Positions 10,032-20,357 of a stretch of 64,000 nucleotides of DNA are shown here, in pieces. The stretch is from positions 106,707 through 170,706 of the forward strand of contig OY282383.1 of the NCBI GenBank assembly GCA_958295855.1, given 5' to 3'. The notes beneath the pieces were generated by a model. That model saw only the letters and a program-made list of their open reading frames with translations. It was not told the DNA's origin and made no database searches. The stretch is from an uncultured Poribacteria bacterium (GTDB taxonomy: Bacteria > Poribacteria > WGA-4E > WGA-3G). Numbering within the stretch: the first letter of the stretch is position 1; each line of letters begins with the position of its first letter. The translations under genes and the position numbers were made by a program.

Positions 10032-10511
10032 ATGTGGTTTTTAATCTTCCTAATTGGCTTCGGGGTTCTGTTAGTGTTCATTGAGTTGCTGATTCTGCCA
10101 GGGTTTGGGGCAGCAGGCGTGCCGGGGAGCCTGCTTGTGCTCATAGGTATCGGTGCTGCCTGGTGGCAATTCGGGTTCAAAACAGCCCTCACCTACACTG
10201 GCATAACGCTTGTGTTAGTTATCCCGCTGGCAATTATTGTATTATCATTGATTCGCAGAACGCGCGTGGGCGAAGCGTTCATCCTCAGTGCTACCCAAGA
10301 TAGGGATGCCGGTTTTCAGGCACCGCGCGCGGGATTGGCAAGTTTAGTTGGAAAATCCGGGAGGAGCCTCACACCCTTGCGGCCAGCAGGCGCAGCCTTA
10401 ATCAACGGGCAGCGCGTCGATATTGTCACCCAAGGCGAATTTGTTGACGCAGAAACCGACATCGAAGTCATTCTTGTGGAAGGAAATCGTGTCGTAGTCC
10501 GTAGTTTGTGA
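10032..10511 (+). CDS. NfeD-family protein, short form (TM helices and C-terminal OB domain)
   Basis: MWFLIFLIGFGVLLVFIELLILPGFG, then GRSLTPLRPAGAALINGQRVDIVT. RBS aggag lies 10 nt upstream of the ATG at 10032. Confidence 0.75.
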   Translation: MWFLIFLIGFGVLLVFIELLILPGFGAAGVPGSLLVLIGIGAAWWQFGFKTALTYTGITLVLVIPLAIIVLSLIRRTRVGEAFILSATQDRDAGFQAPRAGLASLVGKSGRSLTPLRPAGAALINGQRVDIVTQGEFVDAETDIEVILVEGNRVVVRSL

Positions 10512-10763
10512 TGTCGTCATGTCGTCATGCCTTGCGGTGAATTTAGGTTGCAAGAGAGGTTTGTCACCCAACACACCACATCAGCACCCTCTTCTGAGAT
10601 TTTTGCGGCCAAAGTGTGCATTCCCCGCTCGCGGGGATTGCAACTGCCTCGCCCAAATGCGACCGGCATGCCAGTAGATAGCAGCGGCCTCAGAAGTTGT
10701 CATACTCCGCGAGGCAAGTTAAAGAATCGCGTCAGAGGTTTGTGCTGCAAAAAGGAGAAAATA

Positions 10764-11672
10764 ATGGATGCATTTACAGGGATAATTGCCCTCGTTGTTC
10801 TTATTTTTATCATTGCGTTTTTTTGGTTCGTCCCCATAGGGCTCTGGATTGCCGCCATTGCGGCGGGTGTCCCGCTTCGCATTCTTGACCTCATTGGGAT
10901 GCGCCTCAGGCGCGTGAATCCCAATATCATTGCGAAAGGGTTAATCAGTGCCTACAAAGCCGGATTACCGATAGCCACTGCGGATTTAGAGGCACACTAC
11001 CTCGCTGGTGGTAACGTCCTCAATGTTGTCAGCGCGCTCATCGCGGCAGACAAAGCAAGGATTGAGTTGACGTTTCAACGTTCATCCGCCATCGATTTAG
11101 CTGGCAGAGATGTCTTTGAGGCAGTCCAAGTCAGCGTGAACCCGCGTGTTATTACCACGCCGCGTATCAGTGCGCTCGCCTTAGATGGGGTCGAATTGAT
11201 TACCACCGTCAGAATCACTGTCCGCACCAACATCAATCGACTCGTCGGCGGGGCTGGTGAAGAAACTATCATCGCCCGTGTCGGTGAAGGAATTATCAGT
11301 GCAATCGGTGCCTCTGAAACTTATGAGGATGTACTTGAAAACCCAGACATCATCTCCAAAACGGTGCTTGACCGGGGGCTTGATGCTGGCACCGCTTTTG
11401 AAATCCTCTCTATTGATATTGCTGATGTTAACGTCGGCAAAAACATAGGCGCAGAACTCCAAGCGGAACAAGCTGAAGCCGACTTGGTTGTGGCACAAGC
11501 CAAGGCAGAAGAACGCCGTGCCATGGCAGTCGCCCGAAAACAGGAAATGACTGCCAGTATACAGGAGATGCGGGCGCGAGTTGTTGAAGCTGAAGCCGCT
11601 GTCCCACGCGCCCTTGCAAGTGCATTTCGTGAAGGAAATTTAAATGTTTCAGGCCAGACGAATGGAGAGTAA
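10764..11672 (+). CDS. floA: Flotillin-like protein FloA (YqfA/UPF0365 family), copy 1
   Basis: [100 protein letters not shown] and [12 protein letters not shown]. True start is the ATG at 10764 after aaaggagaaaata. The 5' extension in the ORF track (10527-10763) is repeat DNA. Confidence 0.85.
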   Translation: MDAFTGIIALVVLIFIIAFFWFVPIGLWIAAIAAGVPLRILDLIGMRLRRVNPNIIAKGLISAYKAGLPIATADLEAHYLAGGNVLNVVSALIAADKARIELTFQRSSAIDLAGRDVFEAVQVSVNPRVITTPRISALALDGVELITTVRITVRTNINRLVGGAGEETIIARVGEGIISAIGASETYEDVLENPDIISKTVLDRGLDAGTAFEILSIDIADVNVGKNIGAELQAEQAEADLVVAQAKAEERRAMAVARKQEMTASIQEMRARVVEAEAAVPRALASAFREGNLNVSGQTNGE

Positions 11673-11674
11673 AG

Positions 11675-12703
11675 ATGGAACCGATTTTTGCGATTATTGC
11701 TGTCTGTGTTGTACTATTTTTAATTGTTATTAGTTGGCTGGTGCCCATCGGCCTGTGGATTACTGCAATAGCGGCAGGTGTCAAGGTTGGCATTTTCGAC
11801 CTGGTTGCAATGCGCTTGCGGCGCGTCCCACCCAACGCGATTGTTGAACCGCAGATTAACGCAACAAAGGCAGGGTTAAATCTGTCGCTTGATGAACTTG
11901 AGGCACATTTCCTTGCTGGCGGCCGTGTTGGCAGCGTCGTCGCAGCACTTATCGCTGCGGATAAAGCCAACATTTCTCTCGGTTTCGCACAAGCCGCCGC
12001 TATCGACTTGGCTGGAAGGGATGTTTTGCAAGCTGTCCAAGTCAGTGTCACACCAGAAATTATTGACATCCCAGCGGGGAGTGATGCAAGCAATGGCATC
12101 ACCGCCGTTGCCCGCGATGGCATCCAACTGATTGTCAAGACACGCGTCACTGTCAGAGCCGATATAGACCGGCTCGTTGGCGGCGCCACCGAAGATACTA
12201 TCCGTGCCAGAGTTGGCGAGGGAATTATCACAACTATTGGCTCATCCGGAAGTCACAAGGAGGTTTTAGAAAATCCAGTCCGCATCTCGGAAACAGTCCT
12301 TGAAAAAGGCTTAGCCGCAGGCACAGCCTTTGAAATTCTGTCTATTGATATCGCCGATATTAACGTTGGGGAAAACGTGGGCGCCAAATTACAGACAGAT
12401 CAGGCGGAAGCCGAGCTCAAAGTAGCACGTGCCAAAGCCGAGGAACGGCGTGCTAGCGCACAAGCGGAAGAAGAGGAGAACAAGGCACTTGTTGAGGAGA
12501 TGACGATTAAACTGATTGAGGCGGAAGCGGAAATACCACTCTCTATATCAGACTCGTTTGATTCCCAGAGAATGACTGTCATGGATTATTACAACCTCCG
12601 CAATATCCTCGCCGATACGGAGATGCGGCAATCCATCGCCTCACCAGGCGGCACCCAGGAAATGGACACAACCCGCTCTGCACACTCGCTGGGGCTTTCA
12701 TAA
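11675..12703 (+). CDS. floA: Flotillin-like protein FloA (YqfA family), copy 2, with the complete C-terminal tail
   Basis: Same motif set as copy 1, plus the C-terminal [19 protein letters not shown]. Starts 2 nt after the stop of copy 1. Confidence 0.85.
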   Translation: MEPIFAIIAVCVVLFLIVISWLVPIGLWITAIAAGVKVGIFDLVAMRLRRVPPNAIVEPQINATKAGLNLSLDELEAHFLAGGRVGSVVAALIAADKANISLGFAQAAAIDLAGRDVLQAVQVSVTPEIIDIPAGSDASNGITAVARDGIQLIVKTRVTVRADIDRLVGGATEDTIRARVGEGIITTIGSSGSHKEVLENPVRISETVLEKGLAAGTAFEILSIDIADINVGENVGAKLQTDQAEAELKVARAKAEERRASAQAEEEENKALVEEMTIKLIEAEAEIPLSISDSFDSQRMTVMDYYNLRNILADTEMRQSIASPGGTQEMDTTRSAHSLGLS

Positions 12704-12728
12704 CCGCAGCGCAAAGGAGAAAAACCTG

Positions 12729-13172
12729 ATGGAAAATCTCATTCAACTGATACCGCTCATCGTCGTGATTCTGATATTCGTCTTGGGCAGTTCACGGCGG
12801 AAAACTGGACAGCGGCGGCAGGAAAGGAACAGCGAAGTTGATACGTCACCTGAGAGTGAAGTTGGTTTACCGCCCTTCATGGAGAATTTTCCGTTTGCGA
12901 CAGAAGAGGCGCAGCCAGTGATGGAAACTAATGAAGCGGATGTCCCCCTTGTCGGTGCGCAGCCTGAGCCGGAACCGGAACCGGAACCGGAACCGGTTAA
13001 AGAACCCGCTGTGGCACCGCCGCCAATTCCTGTGGATTCCCGTACCGCGCTCCCAACAAAGCCGGTGCCTGCCACGTCCCTTCTGAATTTTTCACCACAA
13101 ACGTTTCGTCAAGGTATCATTCTCGCAGAAATTCTCGGCCGCCCCAAGGCACGCCGAACACGGCAACAGTAG
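12729..13172 (+). CDS. Small single-pass membrane protein with a (PE)n low-complexity tract
   Basis: N-terminal TM LIQLIPLIVVILIFVLG and QPEPEPEPEPEPVKEP. RBS aaaggagaaaaa. Lies in the operon after floA. No family recognised. Confidence 0.5.
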   Translation: MENLIQLIPLIVVILIFVLGSSRRKTGQRRQERNSEVDTSPESEVGLPPFMENFPFATEEAQPVMETNEADVPLVGAQPEPEPEPEPEPVKEPAVAPPPIPVDSRTALPTKPVPATSLLNFSPQTFRQGIILAEILGRPKARRTRQQ

Positions 13173-13190
13173 CAAGGGACACTTAGTTGT

Positions 13191-13224
13191 ACCGTAGCCT
13201 CGCTCAGAAGAGGGAGGCTACGGG
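13191..13224 (+). terminator. Stem-loop after the flotillin operon (no T tract)
   Basis: ccgtagcctc ... gaggctacgg forms a 10-bp perfect stem and is followed by a type A hairpin module at 13234-13265. Confidence 0.3.
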
Positions 13225-13325
13225 CACAACAGTGGTATGCTTCCCCGCAAAGCGAGGTAACATACAAGCTGCGCGTCTCCAATACGCCCCATCCGGTCTG
13301 CTCACGAGAAACATAGGATTTGAAA

Positions 13326-15512
13326 ATGCCCCGTCTATTTCATCAGATTTTCATTATTCCCCTATTTCTTTTTATTCTATCTGACTGTGCACAACCCCCA
13401 GAAATTCTTGAACAGCAAGCCCCTGTTCACGTAGAGGTTCCGCCTTATGCTCGCCATCTCAAGGGCTTCAAAATCTGTCTTGATGCAGGGCACGGCGGGC
13501 AAGGCCACGTTCCGGATTACAAACGAGGCCCAACAGGCGTTCGTGAAGCTGACATCAACTTACAAGTAGCCCTCCACCTACGAGATATGTTGCAGGAAGC
13601 CGGGGTTACCGTAATTATGACTCGGGTTGATGATTCTTATGTGAGTCTGCCGATGCGCAGTCAAATCGCCAACGAAAATCGCGCGGATTTCTTCATCTCG
13701 CTTCACCACAACGGAAGCGATAATCCGAAAACGAACTATACCTCTACGTGGTATCACGGCGATGCAGACGACTCCCGCCCCAGTCTCGACCTCGCCCGGT
13801 ATATTCAACAGGGTGTCTCCGATGCCCTCCGCCTGCCGACATCCGCAGCAACAGGGCTCTACTCAGACAGACTCATCACCGCTTCGGGTTTCGGTGTTTT
13901 ACGTTTGACCGGGTGTCCGGCTGTTTTGTGCGAGGCCTCTTTCTACTCTAATCCAGAGGAAGAGGCGCGATTAAAGCAGGCAGCCTACTGCAAACAAGAG
14001 GCGTACGGCTATTTTCTCGGCATCGCCCGCTACGTTGCAGCCGGGTTTCCCAAAGGTGTTTTGTTAAAACCGCAACATGAATCTGTCATTCAAACCAAAA
14101 CGCCATCGCTCCACATTCGCGTCATGGATGGCCTACACGAACGGGGCGCGTGGATGCTCAAACGGCAACAGATTTTCACCAATACTACCCAGGTCAAAAT
14201 TGACAACGTAAGTGTCCCATATCATTACGACCGGGCTCAGGATTTAATCACCGTAGACATCAGGAAACCACTGGCAAACGGTATCCATTTTGTCCAAACA
14301 GAATTGGTTAACTATTACGGCAATCACAGCCTGCCTTCGCCACAGTGGTTCAAGGTAGCGCCCCCCGCGGCAGAACTTAAACTCAGTGCCTGGACAGACA
14401 CCCTCCCGTTTGATGGCAAGAGTTACGTCGGCATTGCCGTAACTGCACGTGACGCTGACGGAATGCCCATCGCTGACGGCGAAACTATTCACGCGAAGAC
14501 CTCAAACGGCACACTCGCAGATACACAGCAACGCTCAAAGGAGGGTACATCGCACTTTTATCTCTACGCGCCTGCCGAGGCCGGCACGGCGACGGTGGAG
14601 GCTGCCTATGGGGAGACGCGCCGCTCGCTGACAATCCACTTCGCAGACATTGCAAACGGGATTGTGCAAGGACAGGTCTCCGATGCCCACTCCGGGAAAC
14701 CGATTCAAAATGTGCAATTGCACGCCGATTCGGGGTTAACCGCAGCCACAGATGTCCACGGCCATTTTTTCTTTACGACTCCCATGTCGGAGGGAAACCT
14801 TGTAAGCCCACCGCCGGGCGAAACAACGCTTCATATTTCAAAAGCGGGTTATTATCCCGACAAACGCCACATTGACGTTGAAATGAATAAGGCAACAGTT
14901 ATCAACGCCACACTTCACCCTATCGCAGACGGTGCGTTCGCCTCAACCGTCCTCATTCTTGATTCACAAACAGATACCTCCGCGACACAACAACTCATTA
15001 CAGCGTTAAAAGAGATGCTGGAACTTGCCGGAGCAAAGGTGTATAACGTTTATACCCCCGGACAAAAAACGTCTGTAGAAAAACGGATAGCCACGGTCAA
15101 CACTATTAAGGATGAGGGCTACTACTTGCAAATTAATCACGCACCTTGGCGTGAAGGTGAACCTGCTGTTATTGCAGCACACTACCGAGGCAATCAAGGT
15201 ACAGAAACTTTTCTAAAGTGCATCCTGGAACAATTCAATCAAACGCTTTTTGACACACCGATTGTCACCGTGCAAGATACGACAACGCCTGAGATTCAGC
15301 ACACCAACAAAAAGGCGATGGTGCTTGAAATCCGGTCATTAAATCATCTCAATACTTCTGCTGCACAAGAGGCTCATGCTATTTTTCTCGGCGCGTGGGC
15401 TTTCTTAAAAGCCGATAGCCAAATGTTCACCACTATTGAAAATAGTGGGAAACTTCTTGATGCGGAAAAACTGAACCGTTTCATGCTATACTTAAACAGG
15501 ACGCGACGGTAG
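13326..15512 (+). CDS. N-acetylmuramoyl-L-alanine amidase (Amidase_3) with a long C-terminal extension
   Basis: KICLDAGHGGQ...GVREADINLQVALHL...DFFISLHHNG...EASFYSNPEE. The middle carries a carboxypeptidase-regulatory-like segment (GIVQGQVSDAHSGKPIQNVQL). The C-terminal about 200 aa again looks amidase-like but degenerate. Confidence 0.8.
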   Translation: MPRLFHQIFIIPLFLFILSDCAQPPEILEQQAPVHVEVPPYARHLKGFKICLDAGHGGQGHVPDYKRGPTGVREADINLQVALHLRDMLQEAGVTVIMTRVDDSYVSLPMRSQIANENRADFFISLHHNGSDNPKTNYTSTWYHGDADDSRPSLDLARYIQQGVSDALRLPTSAATGLYSDRLITASGFGVLRLTGCPAVLCEASFYSNPEEEARLKQAAYCKQEAYGYFLGIARYVAAGFPKGVLLKPQHESVIQTKTPSLHIRVMDGLHERGAWMLKRQQIFTNTTQVKIDNVSVPYHYDRAQDLITVDIRKPLANGIHFVQTELVNYYGNHSLPSPQWFKVAPPAAELKLSAWTDTLPFDGKSYVGIAVTARDADGMPIADGETIHAKTSNGTLADTQQRSKEGTSHFYLYAPAEAGTATVEAAYGETRRSLTIHFADIANGIVQGQVSDAHSGKPIQNVQLHADSGLTAATDVHGHFFFTTPMSEGNLVSPPPGETTLHISKAGYYPDKRHIDVEMNKATVINATLHPIADGAFASTVLILDSQTDTSATQQLITALKEMLELAGAKVYNVYTPGQKTSVEKRIATVNTIKDEGYYLQINHAPWREGEPAVIAAHYRGNQGTETFLKCILEQFNQTLFDTPIVTVQDTTTPEIQHTNKKAMVLEIRSLNHLNTSAAQEAHAIFLGAWAFLKADSQMFTTIENSGKLLDAEKLNRFMLYLNRTRR
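15425..15456. repeat. 32-bp type D hairpin module (gttcaccactattgaaaatagtgggaaacttc) inside the amidase CDS
   Basis: The same 32-mer, or its reverse complement, occurs at 42412-42443, 50040-50071 and 51275-51306. Here it is translated as FTTIENSGKLL. Confidence 0.85.
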
Positions 15513-15549
15513 TAGGCACAGTCCATAGCAGTCACCAAGCGGAAATAAA

Positions 15550-16563
15550 ATGCACATCGTCTCAAAAATCACGGAACTTCAGCTCAATCATCCGTTCAAA
15601 ATTGCTCGGCGTGCGACAGATGCATACCGGCAGGTGTTCTCTGTAGAACTTGATGGTGGCATCGGTGAAGCGGCACCGGCGTTGTTCTACGGTGAAACTG
15701 TTCAGACAGTAGCAACCGCGTTGGAAACTATTGCGCCAGCACTTGAAGTTACAAAACTTGATGCAATTCAGGATGTCATGGCGGATATTGAAACGACCCT
15801 CGGTGGCAATTACGCTGCGAAATCTGCCATTGATATGGCATTGCACGACCGGCTTGGCAAAAAACTAGGGATTCCGCTCTACCAACTGTGGGGACTCAAC
15901 CCGCAAAAAACCCGTTACACCTCGTTTACTATCGGGCTTGATGAACCTGAAGTGATGGCAGCGAAAACGCGACATGCTGAGGCATATCCGATTCTCAAGG
16001 TGAAACTCGGCACACCGCGCGATATTGAGATAATCCAGACGCTCCGCGACATCACAGATAAACCTATCTATGTCGATGCAAATACAGCGTGGCATCCCAA
16101 AGAGGCGGTTCGCAAAATTCAAGAACTCGCTCGGTACGGTGTTGAATTGGTTGAACAACCCACAAAACCAGGCGATCTGGTGGGGCTCAAGTTTGTCCGA
16201 GAACACACGGAACTGCCAATTATCGCAGACGAAAGCATTAAACGCGCATCGGATATCCCTGCCCTTGCTGAATGTGTTGATGGCATTAACATCAAACTCG
16301 TCAAATGCGGTGGCTTGCTTGAGGCACGCCGGATGATACACGTCGCCCGCGCACACGGCTTGCTTGTCATGCTCGGCTGTATGATAGAGAGTTCCCTCGG
16401 TATTACTGCCGCCGCGCACTTGACACCCCTAGTAGACTACGCAGATTTAGATGGCAATTTGCTCATTGCGAACGACCCGTATACCGGTGTAACCCTTGAT
16501 AAGGGTAAGCTGATACTGCCCAAACGTCCCGGCATCGGAGTCCAGCCGAGAAGGAATTTATGA
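15550..16563 (+). CDS. L-Ala-D/L-Glu (dipeptide) epimerase, enolase superfamily
   Basis: KVKLG, YVDANTAW, VELVEQP, IIADES, INIKLVKCGG and MLGCMIESSLGITAAAHL closely parallel B. subtilis YkfB and E. coli YcjG. Confidence 0.8.
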   Translation: MHIVSKITELQLNHPFKIARRATDAYRQVFSVELDGGIGEAAPALFYGETVQTVATALETIAPALEVTKLDAIQDVMADIETTLGGNYAAKSAIDMALHDRLGKKLGIPLYQLWGLNPQKTRYTSFTIGLDEPEVMAAKTRHAEAYPILKVKLGTPRDIEIIQTLRDITDKPIYVDANTAWHPKEAVRKIQELARYGVELVEQPTKPGDLVGLKFVREHTELPIIADESIKRASDIPALAECVDGINIKLVKCGGLLEARRMIHVARAHGLLVMLGCMIESSLGITAAAHLTPLVDYADLDGNLLIANDPYTGVTLDKGKLILPKRPGIGVQPRRNL

Positions 16564-16578
16564 TGATTCTCAGCAAAA

Positions 16579-17343
16579 ATGGAGGAACATAAAATGACGA
16601 TACAGAGTGGTATGCTTCCCCGCAAAGCGGGGTTACATACAAAACGAAATGTCCTTATCACCGGCGGCACCGGTATCTTAGGCAGTGCTGTAACCAAAGC
16701 CTATCGCGCCCAAGGCGACACCGTCGCTGTCACCTATCTGTTTGAGGACGAGGTCGAACGCTTCAAACATTACAACCCTGAACTCAGCCAAGATGTTACC
16801 TTCTTGTTCGCAAACGTTACCGAGGAAGCCGAGGTTCAGAAAACTGTTCAGGAATTCCTATCCCAATTTGGGCAGCTGGATGTCTTGGTGAACATCGTTG
16901 GCGGGTTTGTCGGCGGGATTCCGGCTGTAGCACTTGAAGAGGAAAGATGGGATTTCATGATGAACCTCAACCTCAAATCCGTTTTTCTCTGTTGCAAGAC
17001 GGTGCTCGCTCACATGACAGAACGTGGCTACGGCAAGATTGTCAACGTCTCCGCGCGCGCTGGCTTAAAAGGAGAGGCGGGGTTGAGTGCCTATTGTGTC
17101 TCCAAAGGCGGTGTCCGAACCTTAACCGAGTCGTTAGCTGCCGAAGTGATGGATTCGGGTGTCAACGTCAATGCCATTATGCCGAGCATTATGGACACGC
17201 CTGCCAATCGAGAATCTATGCCGGATGAAGAGCATGGACGCTGGGTAGCCCCTGCGGATGTCGCCAAGGTGATATGCTTCCTGACTTCCGACGATGCAGC
17301 TGTCATTAATGGTGCCGCTATACCCGTTTACGGCAGGGCATAA
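16579..17343 (+). CDS. SDR-family oxidoreductase
   Basis: ITGGTGILGSAV Rossmann motif, NIVGG, and the catalytic YCVSKGG. The N-terminal 20 codons overlap a type A hairpin module (16609-16640), so the start is uncertain. Confidence 0.8.
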   Translation: MEEHKMTIQSGMLPRKAGLHTKRNVLITGGTGILGSAVTKAYRAQGDTVAVTYLFEDEVERFKHYNPELSQDVTFLFANVTEEAEVQKTVQEFLSQFGQLDVLVNIVGGFVGGIPAVALEEERWDFMMNLNLKSVFLCCKTVLAHMTERGYGKIVNVSARAGLKGEAGLSAYCVSKGGVRTLTESLAAEVMDSGVNVNAIMPSIMDTPANRESMPDEEHGRWVAPADVAKVICFLTSDDAAVINGAAIPVYGRA

Positions 17344-17360
17344 CGCATCAATTTCCTATT

Positions 17361-17400
17361 GGTATTTTCCCCCCGCTTTGCGGGGGAATCGTTTTGTTCT
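17361..17400 (+). terminator. Hairpin module plus T-rich tail between convergent genes (candidate intrinsic terminator)
   Basis: cccccgc ttt gcggggg is followed by aatcgttttgttct, 18 nt after the SDR stop. Confidence 0.4.
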
Positions 17401-17461
17401 GAGCGGACGCTAGTGCCTGTTGTTCCCGCCCGCCCTATTTCCTTGTAAGCCGCACCTGGCA

Positions 17462-18904
17462 CTATAGCCGATGCTGATTTTGCTGTGTTTGCACAAGCCT
17501 CTCTAAAATTTGCAGGCGCAACGCCGTTTCAACGTCTGCAACTTCAGGGCTACCGGCGAGGTTTTGTGTCTCACTCGGGTCGTTTTGCACATCAAACAAG
17601 AGGTAAGCTTCGCCTTTCGCGTTGAGCGCAATTTTCCACTCCCGATTTAGCAACATAATCTCACCTTGTATCTCAGAAATTGCAAAATCGCGGTGCGTCG
17701 CTTCCTCCCCCGCCCTGTTCCGCGTTAGCACCGGACACAACGATTTCCCGAATTGGCGATGCTGCAATTCGCCGCCTGCCAATTCAACAAGCGTTGGTGC
17801 GATGTCAATCCATTCCACGGGGCTTTCACAGATTGTTCCGGCGTGATGGGAGTCAGGGGTTCGGACGAGGAGCGGCACCCGGACTGCGCCGTTGAGGAAG
17901 TTGCTTTTATAGATGAGTCCATAGTCCCCGTTCATTTCACCGTGGTCGGAGGTATGGACGATGAGTGTGTTTTCAAGTTCACCCCGTGCCTCAATTGTAT
18001 CAAGGATTTCGCCAATCTGTGCATCAATGAGGGTGACGTTGCCTGCGTAATTTGCGCGGAGTTTTCCGATTTCGCCGGGTTCAAACGTCGGGTTCACCTG
18101 CTGCATAAGCCTGCCTAAGTGTCCTCTTCCCTCCCTCCCGGTTCCTTCTCCCGCCGCTGGGCGTGGTATTGCTGGGGGCATGTCCCCCGGGTCGTACATG
18201 CTGGCATAGGGTTCGGGTGTATCCCACGGCTCATGCGGGCCGCCAAAGCTAACCCAACAGCACCAAGGTTCCTGCCGGTCATAGCACTGGAGATAGTGCT
18301 TCGCCTGTTGTCCGACGTAGACATCAGCGTAGTTTTCAAGGCCGAGTACTGATGGGCGAACAAGATGCGGTTTCGTGCTGAACCGTTCGCGATAATCGGC
18401 GCGGTAGGCATCCCACAAGCCTTTTGCCTCCCAGTCCGCTGTCATGTGCGACAGGACATTCGCGCTGGCTCGCGGGCCGCCGATTTCGTTTACATCATCC
18501 AACCCGTAGATATTCATCAAGCCCTCACGGTCGCGCAGGTCTCCGCTGTGCGGATGAAGGTGCGTTTTTCCAAAGAGGCTCGTCCGATACCCCGCCGCGC
18601 GCACCGCTTGCATCCACGTCGGCGTTTCAGGAGCCATCTGATGGTGCATGTTATTCCAAACGCCGGTATTGTGTGGATACAGCCCTGTTGCCAAACTCAG
18701 GCGCGTCGGAATACATACCGGCGATGTGGTAACACAATTGGTAAATCGGATTCCTTCGTTGGCGATTCTATCCAGGTTTGGGGTTTGCACCCAATTCGAT
18801 GTGGGAATAGACTGAATCGGCATTTGGTTTACATTGTCACCGCTACACCCCATTGCATCCCAACGCTGCTGATCTGTCATGAGAAGAAGAATATTCGGTT
18901 TCAT
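17462..18904 (-). CDS. Sulfatase (formylglycine-dependent arylsulfatase family)
   Basis: MKPNILLLMTDQQRWD, the CxPxR motif SPVCIPTRLSLATG, GKTHL and HTSDHGE. Contains an in-frame type H module at 18125-18157. Confidence 0.85.
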   Translation of the reverse strand: MKPNILLLMTDQQRWDAMGCSGDNVNQMPIQSIPTSNWVQTPNLDRIANEGIRFTNCVTTSPVCIPTRLSLATGLYPHNTGVWNNMHHQMAPETPTWMQAVRAAGYRTSLFGKTHLHPHSGDLRDREGLMNIYGLDDVNEIGGPRASANVLSHMTADWEAKGLWDAYRADYRERFSTKPHLVRPSVLGLENYADVYVGQQAKHYLQCYDRQEPWCCWVSFGGPHEPWDTPEPYASMYDPGDMPPAIPRPAAGEGTGREGRGHLGRLMQQVNPTFEPGEIGKLRANYAGNVTLIDAQIGEILDTIEARGELENTLIVHTSDHGEMNGDYGLIYKSNFLNGAVRVPLLVRTPDSHHAGTICESPVEWIDIAPTLVELAGGELQHRQFGKSLCPVLTRNRAGEEATHRDFAISEIQGEIMLLNREWKIALNAKGEAYLLFDVQNDPSETQNLAGSPEVADVETALRLQILERLVQTQQNQHRL

Positions 18905-18975
18905 GTCTTTTTAGTTTCCTTGATTTTCCAGTGGATTGAAACTCTTGTAGAAACTGTAGTACTCTGCGAGGTAAG

Positions 18976-19821
18976 TTAAAAATGTCGCTCAATTCCTGCA
19001 TCAATAAACGCCTTGGACAATGTCTCATAAGACAACGTTGCTGCGGCAAGCGGATCATAGTCTTCGCGTGCCTGTACCATAAAACTCACCTCGGCAGTGA
19101 TAAATCCATCATATCCGTGTGCTTGCATCGCTTTTAGGTAATCGACATAATCGAATGTTCCCTCACCGGGGATGAGGAACTCAAAATCCGGCGCGGTACC
19201 CCGCTGGTCCTTTACATGCGTATGGGCTGACACTGCAGCCAGCGCGGCCACAGTCTCTTCCGTGGGCATACCGACGATGTCAAAATGGCTGATGTCGAAG
19301 TTAACTTTGAGATATGGCGAATTGACGATTTCCAAGAGTTCAAGCACCTTCTCGGGGGTGTCAATGATTGCGCCGATGTGGGGTTCCAGGGCGATGGTGA
19401 CACCGTTCGCTGCCCCGTAATCAACAAGTTCTCCCACGCGTTCGGCGAGGAAATCTTTTTTAGTGTCCCACTCCTCTGGCTTTCCGCCGGGTGTCGTATT
19501 GACAGCAGGCAGCGCATCGCCTTGTGCAAGTGCCACTGCCAGATCGACACCGCCTTTCAGCCGCCACATATTTTTTGCGTGCGCGTCCGGATCTATTTCC
19601 AACAGACTGGAATGTGCCGCGATCGCCGGGAGTGCCAACTCGTGCTCTTTCAGCAGAGACGCTATCCGGCTTCGTTCTGCAGCATCAAGCGTACTGAGTT
19701 CGGTTGTAAAGCGTGGGATGATGGTAAGTTCAATCCCATCGTATCCGAGGCTTTTGATATGGGAGATGGCGGTGTCTATGGGGACGGTGGGCATCCCCCA
19801 TGTGCTATATCCAAGTTTCAT
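18976..19821 (-). CDS. Sugar-phosphate isomerase/epimerase (xylose-isomerase-like TIM barrel, AP_endonuc_2)
   Basis: MKLGYSTWGM..., GYDGIELT, ALEPH, HVKD and EV. Start moved to the ATG at 19821, which is preceded by caggagaaaacc. Confidence 0.8.
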   Translation of the reverse strand: MKLGYSTWGMPTVPIDTAISHIKSLGYDGIELTIIPRFTTELSTLDAAERSRIASLLKEHELALPAIAAHSSLLEIDPDAHAKNMWRLKGGVDLAVALAQGDALPAVNTTPGGKPEEWDTKKDFLAERVGELVDYGAANGVTIALEPHIGAIIDTPEKVLELLEIVNSPYLKVNFDISHFDIVGMPTEETVAALAAVSAHTHVKDQRGTAPDFEFLIPGEGTFDYVDYLKAMQAHGYDGFITAEVSFMVQAREDYDPLAAATLSYETLSKAFIDAGIERHF

Positions 19822-19853
19822 GTGGTTTTCTCCTGATTGGTGACGGGTTGTGT

Positions 19854-20357
19854 TTATACGCGGACTTGGTACGGTATCGCATCTCCCGTGGTTGTCCAAT
19901 TATTCGGTTTAGCGACGACATTGAGTTTCGCCATATAGCGCGATTCCTCATCTTTCCAAGTATTAATTGCCACTCCAAAGAATTTAAACGGCGCAGATGT
20001 TATCTCATTGTGCCAATCCAACGTTACACGGTGTGCCTCCCTGAATTCTGTCGTTAACCAAACAATGGTGGCTGCTTGTAGTCCTGCTGCATACGTGAGA
20101 ACTTGGCCAAGGTGGGAATGATCAGACTTTCCGAGTTGGTTTTCTATAACTATTCGTGAGTCATCCGCTTTGTTACGGCACACTATATCGGCTCGGAATT
20201 CTCCTATGCTTTTCTCCCTTGCTTCAAATTCCAGTTCCATGTTCAGGGGTTCAGCGAGGAAAAACAGATTTTCAGCCAGCCAAGGAGTGAAGTCCCGCGC
20301 TTCGTGAGGCCAGATGACGCGAGGTCTAACGCTTTGAGGTGGGGAAATTTGTATCAT
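19854..20357 (-). CDS. Small PD-(D/E)XK-like nuclease-fold protein (hypothetical)
   Basis: GEFRADIVCRN....RIVIENQLGKSDHSHLGQVLTYAAG is a D ... E-x-Q/K style motif seen in restriction-endonuclease-like families. Its ATG overlaps the stop of the upstream TPR gene by 4 nt. Confidence 0.4.
   Translation of the reverse strand: MIQISPPQSVRPRVIWPHEARDFTPWLAENLFFLAEPLNMELEFEAREKSIGEFRADIVCRNKADDSRIVIENQLGKSDHSHLGQVLTYAAGLQAATIVWLTTEFREAHRVTLDWHNEITSAPFKFFGVAINTWKDEESRYMAKLNVVAKPNNWTTTGDAIPYQVRV

Noticed and set aside
10527-10763. A 5' extension of the first floA ORF (79 codons).
   Set aside because: It contains repeat-module sequence. The conserved FloA N-terminal TM helix begins at the ATG at 10764, which has a good RBS.
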